Of a stretch of 64,000 nucleotides of DNA, positions 8,951-15,959 are shown piece after piece; the first letter of the stretch is position 1; each line of letters opens with the position of its first letter. Made by a program: the position numbers and the translations under genes. The notes under the pieces are model-generated. The model ran no database searches and had not been told where the DNA came from. It saw nothing but the letters and a program-made list of their open reading frames with translations. The stretch comes from an uncultured Bacteroidales bacterium (GTDB lineage: Bacteria; Bacteroidota; Bacteroidia; Bacteroidales; Paludibacteraceae): contig CAKUUM010000001.1 in the NCBI GenBank assembly GCA_934692905.1, positions 27,997-91,996 on the forward strand, written 5' to 3'.

Positions 8951-9192
8951 TCCGCTTCTTCCGTGTCGGTGTTCTGCTCCGAGGCGGGCAGGGTCTCATA
9001 GTACGAATTGACCAACCGCTGCGCCTCCGCATAGTCCACCTTGCCCTCAATGTGTTTGCGGGCGGTATCGATCAAGTATTGCGACGGTTTGAGTCCGTCC
9101 ACATCCTGCAGACCGATGGCAATCGCCCACGCCTCCGCCTTTTCGCGCTGCGAGGGTTCGCCTTGCTGTATGTAGTAGTCAAATTCGGTCAT
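8932..9192 (-). pseudogene. Truncated N-terminal fragment (86 aa) of a Fic/DOC-family protein with a VbhA-like N-terminal module
   Basis: MTEFDYYIQQGEPSQREKAEAWAIAIGLQDVDGLKPSQYLIDTARKHIEGKVDYAEAQRLVNSYYE resembles, from memory, the N-termini of Bacteroidales Fic proteins. The ORF stops after ...TEEADKDNSG and has no HPFxxGNGR Fic motif. Confidence 0.5.
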
Positions 9193-9197
9193 GCAAT

Positions 9198-10139
9198 CTA
9201 TGATTTTTCGCTTAAACGGTTAATGCGGTTTTGAATGAGAGACCAATAGGCATCTTGTAGGTCGTGCGGCAGGAAAGAGGCACGGATGGTGCTTTCCCAT
9301 GCGGGGTAAATCTTTAGGAACTTACGGAAGATGTTGCTCACTACTTTTTCGTTCAATCCGCTGCCGAGCATGGCTTTCTCAAAGTCAGTGCGGGTCAGTC
9401 TGTGCTTCTTACCATTGAGGGTTAGTGCAAGTTCTTCGTTATCCGCAGGATTGACAATCGCTACATTCAGCAGGTCGTATGCAGGAGTCAGCACATACCC
9501 CGTATTTGTCGGACGATACAAGAAAAAGTTCTTCAAGTGCATATTATTGCCTGTCAGCCAACAGAATAGCAGCAGTTCATAATAGCGCATCAAGTCCAAA
9601 ACCGGTGTGGCGGAATAGCGCGCAATCACTTTTGCCACTTGCTCATACGAACTCTTGTATTTGTATTCGGTCGGGCGTTCCGACAACTGGCACATATCCT
9701 CCATTGCGACCTTTCCGCTGCTGGAAATACGGTCTATCCTGCGGGTAATATACCCCAATTCCCCGTCTGCCAACCGAATCAAAGAATGGGGCACGACATC
9801 AATTTTGTTTTGTTCCGCCAAATGCATTGTCAGATCTTCCACTTCGGGCAAATGCGGATAGTATTCCGTTTGCGGCTTGAAAATATATCCGCCCCATAAC
9901 CCCACAATCGTCAGCCGTTTGCAGCCTTCGTGGTCTTGCAAGTGCAACGAAATCTTGGGTTGTACTCCCGTGAGCGTGGTTTGGGTGGCAATGACCTCTT
10001 TTGCCAATGCATCCATATCCGCCCGCGTATAGGCTAATGCGGGTACTTCCTGTGTGCCGAAGAAACGCCGCACACAAGCAGAGTGAAAATCCTTTTCCCC
10101 CTCCCGCAATTCCTTATAGCAATACAAACAACGGCACAT
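9198..10139 (-). CDS. hipT: HipA C-terminal kinase-domain protein (HipT-like toxin of a tripartite HipBST-type module), with an N-terminal CxxC...HxxC segment
   Basis: Motifs: GVQPKISL, LTGNNMHLKNF (HipA catalytic-loop region) and TPAYDLLNV. The likely start is the ATG at 10139 (MCRCLYCYKEL), 2 nt after the upstream stop. The track ORF extends to 10181. Confidence 0.85.
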   Translation of the reverse strand: MCRCLYCYKELREGEKDFHSACVRRFFGTQEVPALAYTRADMDALAKEVIATQTTLTGVQPKISLHLQDHEGCKRLTIVGLWGGYIFKPQTEYYPHLPEVEDLTMHLAEQNKIDVVPHSLIRLADGELGYITRRIDRISSSGKVAMEDMCQLSERPTEYKYKSSYEQVAKVIARYSATPVLDLMRYYELLLFCWLTGNNMHLKNFFLYRPTNTGYVLTPAYDLLNVAIVNPADNEELALTLNGKKHRLTRTDFEKAMLGSGLNEKVVSNIFRKFLKIYPAWESTIRASFLPHDLQDAYWSLIQNRINRLSEKS

Positions 10140-10141
10140 AA

Positions 10142-10462
10142 TCAGTCTGTTGCGTCTATCACGCTTACCGCCCCGATACAATCTTTGCAGCAGAGCAATA
10201 GCAAGCCCATTCTATCCAATATGCTCACATCGGTGTTTCTCAATGCCACATCCAGCAGCCACCCCTCCGGTATCAGCCCGTCGAAAAAAGGAAACAGCGT
10301 TTTGCTTTCGTATGCAGTCTGCGAAAGGGGTAGCGTCAAACTGATTGGCACGGCTTCCGCCTGCTGCAAGTATTGTTCATAATAGGTAAAACGATACCCA
10401 GCATCGGTTTCTGCTAACATTCCCGCCAAGGAATCCTGGTAATATATTTCAGCCTTGCGCAT
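10142..10462 (-). CDS. hipS: HipA N-terminal-domain protein (HipS-like), 106 aa
   Basis: MRKAEIYYQDSLAGMLAETDAGYRFTYYEQY...FPFFDGLIPEGW matches the HipA_N / couple_hipA pattern. It overlaps the hipB stop by 14 nt and abuts the kinase gene. Confidence 0.8.
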   Translation of the reverse strand: MRKAEIYYQDSLAGMLAETDAGYRFTYYEQYLQQAEAVPISLTLPLSQTAYESKTLFPFFDGLIPEGWLLDVALRNTDVSILDRMGLLLLCCKDCIGAVSVIDATD

Positions 10463-10661
10463 TTTCTTTTTGCTGCGGAACTAACTCGTAATTAAACAAA
10501 TCCAATACTTGGTTCACCTTGTCCATACGCAGCGATATTTTCCCCTGCTCCATTTCGCGCACAAAGAACAGGCTTACTCCCGATTTGTATGCCAAATCCT
10601 CTTGCGTCATTCCGTATTGCTTGCGCAGTGCCTTTACGCACTCTGCTAATTTGGTTTTCAT
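10449..10661 (-). CDS. hipB: XRE-family helix-turn-helix protein (HipB-like)
   Basis: LRKQYGMTQEDLAYKSGVSLFFVREMEQGK is a classic Cro/C1 HTH. It is the first gene of the three-gene module. Confidence 0.85.
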   Translation of the reverse strand: MKTKLAECVKALRKQYGMTQEDLAYKSGVSLFFVREMEQGKISLRMDKVNQVLDLFNYELVPQQKENAQG

Positions 10662-10671
10662 TTTATTCTAC

Positions 10672-10689
10672 TATATGCGTTTGCATATA
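10672..10689. promoter_or_regulatory. Inverted repeat TATATGC-N4-GCATATA just upstream of hipB (candidate operator)
   Basis: 7-bp perfect arms at 10672..10678 and 10683..10689, 11 nt from the hipB start codon. Confidence 0.3.
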
Positions 10690-10758
10690 ATACCACAAAC
10701 ACTATGCCGTTCTATATTAGATTTCATATAATTCTGCGTATTAAATGTGAATTATATG

Positions 10759-11262
10759 CTATTTCATATAGTTTTCTGATAGTATCATTTCGCAGAGTTC
10801 GCGGATGGCACCATCGCCGCCGTGGCGGGTGAGGCGGATGATATCGGGCAGGGTTTTGACCTGCGGCATAGCGTTGGCAGGGCAGGCGGGAGTGCCGACG
10901 TGGGAGAGCAGGTCGAGGTCGTTGATGTCGTCGCCCACAAAACAGACATCATCCAAGGTAATGCCCAGTTCGTTGCAAATCTCCTGTGCGGCTTCCAACT
11001 TGGTCTGCTTCACGTTGTCCACTTGCCGCCCAACGCCCATTCGCAGGTATTCCATACCGAGTTTGCGGGCACGGTGTGCTACTATCTCGGTAGTCTCGCT
11101 GGTGAGAATACCGCACGGAATACCCGCTTTGCGGAGCATGACGATACCCATACCGTCATACACGCAGAAACGCTTCAGTTCATCGCCATTGGCACTATAG
11201 TACATCCCCCCATCAGTCATACAACCGTCCACATCGGTCAAAAACAACTTCACATCTTTCAT
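10759..11262 (-). CDS. HAD-IIIA phosphatase of the KdsC family (KDO-8-phosphate phosphatase-like)
   Basis: MKDVKLFLTDVDGCMTDG (DxDG motif I) and GDDINDLDLL (motif III). The ATG at 11262 overlaps the upstream stop (ATGA). The longer track ORF start looks spurious. Confidence 0.8.
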   Translation of the reverse strand: MKDVKLFLTDVDGCMTDGGMYYSANGDELKRFCVYDGMGIVMLRKAGIPCGILTSETTEIVAHRARKLGMEYLRMGVGRQVDNVKQTKLEAAQEICNELGITLDDVCFVGDDINDLDLLSHVGTPACPANAMPQVKTLPDIIRLTRHGGDGAIRELCEMILSENYMK

Positions 11263-14042
11263 CGCAGCCCCTCCTTCCGCTTGCTGACGATATTCACCAG
11301 ATGCGCGATGCCGTAGTATTCGATGCCCGAATGGGTGGTGAGTCCTATTTCGCAGGTGCGGGAGTTGCTGACACCCATTGTGGCATACGCCTTCTCCACC
11401 TGTCCGCGCAGTTTGCGGAGTGCCCACGCATTCAGTTCGGGGTGCGTGAAACCCTTGTCGCCGGCGAAAGCACAGCAGCCAATCTCCTCAGGCACAAGCA
11501 CTTGCGTAGCACACGCCTGCGCCACATGGAGCAGGTGCTGCGTGACGTTCATCTTGCGCGTCGAACAGGTGACATGCACCGCCACGCACGTGTCTAACGG
11601 CGTGATTTCCAATTCGTCAAGCACAAACTTGTCGATAAACTCCGCAGGTTCGTACAACCGCAGATGGGGCATGGTCTCGCGCATACGATGCAGACACGGG
11701 CTCTGGTCACAGAGGATAGGCCAACGCCCGTCCTCACTGGCTCGGCGCAACGCCGCCTCCAACTCGCGTGTCTTGCGCATCGCCTCGTCGGGCATGCCTT
11801 TGCTCTCCCAGATGGTGCCGCAGCAGAGGTTCTCCATATTCTCGGGGAAAATCACCTCGAAGCCTGCCTTGTTCAGCACCTCGGTCATATCGTTGATGAG
11901 GGGTGTCTTGCCGCTGCCCAACCGCTGGTTGAGGCATGACGGGAAATAGACTACCCGCTTGTCAGTCAATCCTTTAAGCCCGTGCACCATGCCATATTCG
12001 CGTGCAATCCTGATGGCTTTTGCACGCACAGGGCGTGGCAGCGAGGGCGTCCACAGCGGGATATTCCTGCCGCTACCGTAGTACAGCCCTTTGCCCACAA
12101 CGGTGGTCATCTTGTCGCCCAGCACGGTCTTCGCTGCGTGCGCCACGCTCAGCACACTCGTCAGCATACCGCCTATGTCGGACAGGTGTTCGCCCGCCCA
12201 GTAGCCAAGGCGTTTCTCGCTTTTGGTGAGTGCCTGCTCGCGCAAGAGGTGGATATAATCGCCCACGTTGATGCCCACGGGACACGAGGTGGAGCACAGC
12301 CCGTCGCCCGCACAAAGAGCACGACCTATATGGCGGAAGTCTTTATCCAACTGCTTGGCAATCAGTTGGTCAGCATGCTTGTCCGAGTGCTGCAACCGAT
12401 GCAACTCACGCTGCACCACAATCCGTTGGCGGCTCGACAACGCGAACCCGCAACTCACGCAGTTCACCTCGCAGAACCCGCACTCTATACACCTGTCTAT
12501 CAGCGCGTTCACCTCGGGAAGCGGCTTGATATGCTCCAGATACGAGTGTTCGTCCTCGTTGAAAATCACCCCCGGGTTCATGATGTTGTCGGGGTCGAAC
12601 AGGGTCTTCACCTCGCGCATGAGGGCGTATGCCTCGTCGCCCCACTCGCGGCGCACAAACGGCGCCATGTTGCGCCCCGTGCCGTGCTCCGCCTTCAGAC
12701 TCCCGTGGTATTTGTCCACCACAAGGTCCACCACGGCGTGCATCATCCTGTCGTATTGCGCAACGGCTTCGGGCGTGTCAAACCGCTGATTGAGAATGAA
12801 ATGGTAGTTCCCCTCCAGCGCATGCCCGTAAATCACGGCATCGGGATAGTGGTGCTCGCGGAACAGCCGTTGCAGGTCCAATGTCGCCTCGGCGAGGTGC
12901 TCAATGGGGAACGCGATGTCCTCAATCAGACACGTAGTGCCTATCTCGCGCGTGCCGCCCACGGCGGGGAAGATGCCCGAGCGCATCGCCCAGTATTTGC
13001 CCACCTGCACGGGGTCGGACGTGAACATCGCAGGTTGGCAGAGCGTATAGTGGCGCAGCACCTCCAAAACGACGTTGTTCTTCTGCGTAAGTTCTTCAGC
13101 GGTAGCGGCTTCTGTCTTTATCAGTACTGCCCCCGCATCTTCGGGCAGCCCCTGCAGTTCGGGGAAATCCTGCTCCACGGTACGCATGGCTTTGCGGTCG
13201 AAGAACTCCGCGGCGGACAGCATCTGCGTCTGCTTCATCTCCGTCACCGCCTCACACGCCGACTGCGTGGTCGGGAACAGCAGCAGCGCCGATGCCGAGC
13301 AGGGCAGCAGGTCAGCCGTGCGCATGGTCACGGACGACAGGAACGCCAGCGTGCCTTCACTGCCCACCATCAGGTGGGCGATGATGTCAAACGGGTCCTC
13401 AAACTCCACAAACGGCAGAATAGTCAAACCCGTCACGTTCTTTATCTGGTACTTCTTGCGTATCAACTCGCTGAGATTCTTGTTCTTACGCACCTGCAAC
13501 CGCAGGTCGTCAATCTTGCGCACGAACCGCGCATGCGACATCAGGAACTCCGACCGGCTCCGCTGGTCGCCCGTATCCAGCACGCACCCGTCGGGCAGCA
13601 CGATGCGCACCGACTGCAGCATGCGGTAACTGTTGGCGTGCGTACCGCAGCACATGCCCGAGGCGTTGTTCATCACGATGCCGCCCACCATCGCCGATTT
13701 GATGCTGGCGGGGTCGGGCGTGAAGTGCTTGCCGTAGGGCTTCAGTATCTCGTTCACACGTTGCCCGATGATACCGGGTTGCAGCGTAATGGTCTGATTA
13801 TCTTTGCCTAAACTGTATTTCTCCCACTTCTTGCCGCATACCACCAGCAGGCTGTCGCTTATCGCCTGCCCGCTCAGACTGGTGCCTGCCGCACGGAACG
13901 TGACATGCTTGCCCTCTTTGTGCGCACGCCGCATAATGGCTTGCACGTCCTCCTCGGTGGCGGGGTGCAGCACCTCTTCAGGAATCAGGCGGTAGAAACC
14001 CGCGTCCGTTCCCCACGCTAAACGCTCAATATATCGTTTCAT
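11259..14042 (-). CDS. FAD-linked oxidase fused to 4Fe-4S and CCG (cysteine-rich) domains; D-lactate dehydrogenase / YdiJ-like
   Basis: FAD_binding_4-like N-terminus (RAAGTSLSGQA), ferredoxin motif CIECGFCEVNCVSCG, and C-terminal CCGT / CCAFAGDKG motifs. The track start at 14081 is GTG. The ATG at 14042 (MKRYIERL) is preferred. Confidence 0.85.
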   Translation of the reverse strand: MKRYIERLAWGTDAGFYRLIPEEVLHPATEEDVQAIMRRAHKEGKHVTFRAAGTSLSGQAISDSLLVVCGKKWEKYSLGKDNQTITLQPGIIGQRVNEILKPYGKHFTPDPASIKSAMVGGIVMNNASGMCCGTHANSYRMLQSVRIVLPDGCVLDTGDQRSRSEFLMSHARFVRKIDDLRLQVRKNKNLSELIRKKYQIKNVTGLTILPFVEFEDPFDIIAHLMVGSEGTLAFLSSVTMRTADLLPCSASALLLFPTTQSACEAVTEMKQTQMLSAAEFFDRKAMRTVEQDFPELQGLPEDAGAVLIKTEAATAEELTQKNNVVLEVLRHYTLCQPAMFTSDPVQVGKYWAMRSGIFPAVGGTREIGTTCLIEDIAFPIEHLAEATLDLQRLFREHHYPDAVIYGHALEGNYHFILNQRFDTPEAVAQYDRMMHAVVDLVVDKYHGSLKAEHGTGRNMAPFVRREWGDEAYALMREVKTLFDPDNIMNPGVIFNEDEHSYLEHIKPLPEVNALIDRCIECGFCEVNCVSCGFALSSRQRIVVQRELHRLQHSDKHADQLIAKQLDKDFRHIGRALCAGDGLCSTSCPVGINVGDYIHLLREQALTKSEKRLGYWAGEHLSDIGGMLTSVLSVAHAAKTVLGDKMTTVVGKGLYYGSGRNIPLWTPSLPRPVRAKAIRIAREYGMVHGLKGLTDKRVVYFPSCLNQRLGSGKTPLINDMTEVLNKAGFEVIFPENMENLCCGTIWESKGMPDEAMRKTRELEAALRRASEDGRWPILCDQSPCLHRMRETMPHLRLYEPAEFIDKFVLDELEITPLDTCVAVHVTCSTRKMNVTQHLLHVAQACATQVLVPEEIGCCAFAGDKGFTHPELNAWALRKLRGQVEKAYATMGVSNSRTCEIGLTTHSGIEYYGIAHLVNIVSKRKEGLR

Positions 14043-14119
14043 TCTTGTCTTTCCGCGGCAGTCCCGCGAAACTTTATTCACAATCTTTCTTTTTTACACC
14101 CAAACCGCCTCAACCGCCC

Positions 14120-14231
14120 CCCGCTAGACCCGCGATAGACCCCCGAGAAGCCCTCGACACAATCTCGTGTCAAGAATAGGTGATTCAGCAAGGGATACGC
14201 AAGGGATGAGCAAGGGATAGGCAACCCATAT
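14120..14231 (+). repeat. Composite intergenic word-array element: GACCCGCGA words, then a CTCGTGTCAA module, then 11-bp GCAAGGGATA tandem words
   Basis: ccgctagacccgcgatagacccccgag ... ctcgtgtcaagaataggtgattca gcaagggatac gcaagggatga gcaagggatag gcaacccatat. Related copies lie at 33430..33603, 18241..18640 (inverted) and 47436..47493 (inverted). Confidence 0.75.
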
Positions 14232-14243
14232 CCACTCTGTTAG

Positions 14244-14315
14244 CCCCCTCTTTCTCGGGGTCCCCATAAGCCCGATAGGGTGAAATGGGGTGAACTTGAG
14301 GGGGCAGGGGGAGTC
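14244..14315 (-). repeat. GC-rich hairpin element, long form (inverted relative to the copy at 45747..45818)
   Basis: The reverse complement gactccccctgccccctcaagttcaccccatttcaccctatcgggcttatggggaccccgagaaagaggggg aligns along its full length with 45747..45818. Confidence 0.8.
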
Positions 14316-14316
14316 T

Positions 14317-15570
14317 TTAATATAGGTAATACTTGCTTGACGCCTCCCTGTATGTCTCCACGTCCTTGTACCAATAATCCTGTACGTCCTCCCAGCGGTA
14401 CCGTTGCCCGAACATCTCACGAATCTTGTTGGTGCCGCACACTTTGTCGAACATGCCGAAGCGACTTTGGTCGCACAGGCTTAACCAGTCCTTGTCGGGG
14501 TACAACCGCATAAGTTCTTGAACGATAAGGAATTGCACCTCGCTCAATCGCGCTTTCTCATAATCCATGATGTGAATCTGCACGCCCTGAATCTGCTCGC
14601 CTTTGAACACGCTGTAGTAGGGCTTGTAGTAAATCGGACGGAAATACAGCCCGGGCAAATCCAAGGCATTCATAGCGTCCGCGAGGCTGTCGGCGTTAAT
14701 CCACGGCGCGCCCATCAACTCGAAAGGCAGCGTGTAGCCCACGCCGATGTTCACGTACCCGAACTCGCCGAAGATGCCCGTCACGGGATAGAAAAGCGCG
14801 GTCTTACCCTGCGGCACATGGGGCGAAGCCACTACCCATTCCAAACCCGTCTCATCCCATGTCATGTCGCGGGTCCAGCCCTCCATTGGCACCACCGTCA
14901 GGCGGCACGGGTGCTCGGCTTGCGCATTCAGGTACAATGCCAACTCGCCGGGCGTCTGACCATATATATAAGGTATCTTGAACTGGCTGACGAACGACAC
15001 ATAGCCGTCCTCCACCAGATTGCCTTCTATCTTGTTGCCCCCCAGCGGGTTCGGGCGGTCCAATACCACCAGTTCCTTGTCGTATTCGGCGCACGCCTCC
15101 ATCAGCATGCCCATCGTGGAGATATACGTGAAACTGCGGCAACCGATGTCCTGAATATCATACACCATCACGTCTATCTCGTCCATCATTTCCTTTGTCG
15201 GCTTGCGCGTAGCCCCATACAGCGAGTACATGCGCAGTCCGGTGCGCTTATCTGTCTCATTACCAACATGATCGCCCGCATGCACGTTGCCTCTTACGCC
15301 ATGTTCGGGACCATACAACGCTACTAAGTTCACATTCTCTGCCTGCCACAGGATATCAATGGTCGAATGCATCTGCAGGTCCACGCCTGTGGGGTTGGTA
15401 CACAGCCCGACACGCTTGCCTTCCAATGGTGCAAAGTTCTGACTTTTAAGCACTTCTATTCCGGGACGTACCACTGACTTTGCAGCAACCTGCTTGCTGC
15501 ACCCCGTCATACCCATCGCCCACGACAGGCATACCGTCAAACTGACCAATACAACTGATTTTTTACTCAT
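14317..15570 (-). CDS. namZ: DUF1343 protein (exo-beta-N-acetylmuramidase NamZ family), lipoprotein
   Basis: MSKKSVVLVSLTVCLSWAMGMTGC signal/lipobox, then GKRVGLCTNPTGV...LYGPEHG...RPNPLGG, typical of DUF1343. The ATG at 15570 is preferred because the track ORF extends into the tRNA-Ser promoter. Confidence 0.85.
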   Translation of the reverse strand: MSKKSVVLVSLTVCLSWAMGMTGCSKQVAAKSVVRPGIEVLKSQNFAPLEGKRVGLCTNPTGVDLQMHSTIDILWQAENVNLVALYGPEHGVRGNVHAGDHVGNETDKRTGLRMYSLYGATRKPTKEMMDEIDVMVYDIQDIGCRSFTYISTMGMLMEACAEYDKELVVLDRPNPLGGNKIEGNLVEDGYVSFVSQFKIPYIYGQTPGELALYLNAQAEHPCRLTVVPMEGWTRDMTWDETGLEWVVASPHVPQGKTALFYPVTGIFGEFGYVNIGVGYTLPFELMGAPWINADSLADAMNALDLPGLYFRPIYYKPYYSVFKGEQIQGVQIHIMDYEKARLSEVQFLIVQELMRLYPDKDWLSLCDQSRFGMFDKVCGTNKIREMFGQRYRWEDVQDYWYKDVETYREASSKYYLY

Positions 15571-15637
15571 ATATTTCTGATGATTAGACCGCAAAGTTAC
15601 GAAAAAAGCGTGATGTGTACAATTTTTCTTGAATTTA

Positions 15638-15669
15638 TTTGCACAATCCAAATTAAAGCAGTACTTTTG
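15638..15669 (+). promoter_or_regulatory. Promoter of tRNA-Ser
   Basis: TTTG (15638..15641), a 20-bp spacer, then TACTTTTG (15662..15669). Confidence 0.55.
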
Positions 15670-15745
15670 CACCCGCTTTCAGGATTGGGACAGCACGCTT
15701 ATGCGCTCCCGATTAACTCATGTAGCACAACGCGTCACGACGCGA

Positions 15746-15832
<87 letters not shown>

Positions 15833-15853
15833 CAAAATAACCGTTTCATAGCA

Positions 15854-15899
15854 AACGCCTGACTGATAGTCAATACATCAGTCAGGCGTTTCTTTTATT
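15854..15899 (+). terminator. Intrinsic terminator after tRNA-Ser
   Basis: 14-bp perfect stem aacgcctgactgat / atcagtcaggcgtt, followed by TCTTTTATTT. Confidence 0.8.
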
Positions 15900-15959
15900 T
15901 CCCGTATTCATGAGAATTATCACCCGCTTTCATGGGAAAGCCCATCGCATTGCATTCCG

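Noticed and set aside
6426-9050. An intact prophage or a tail-like (tailocin, T6SS, PVC) system
   Set aside because: Only tail-fibre-like fragments are present. I can see no capsid, baseplate, sheath, terminase, integrase or lysis genes anywhere in the window.
11982-13811. 609-aa plus-strand ORF
   Set aside because: It is antisense to the FAD/FeS dehydrogenase gene. The composition is H/R/V/Q-rich with no motifs, a typical GC-rich shadow frame.
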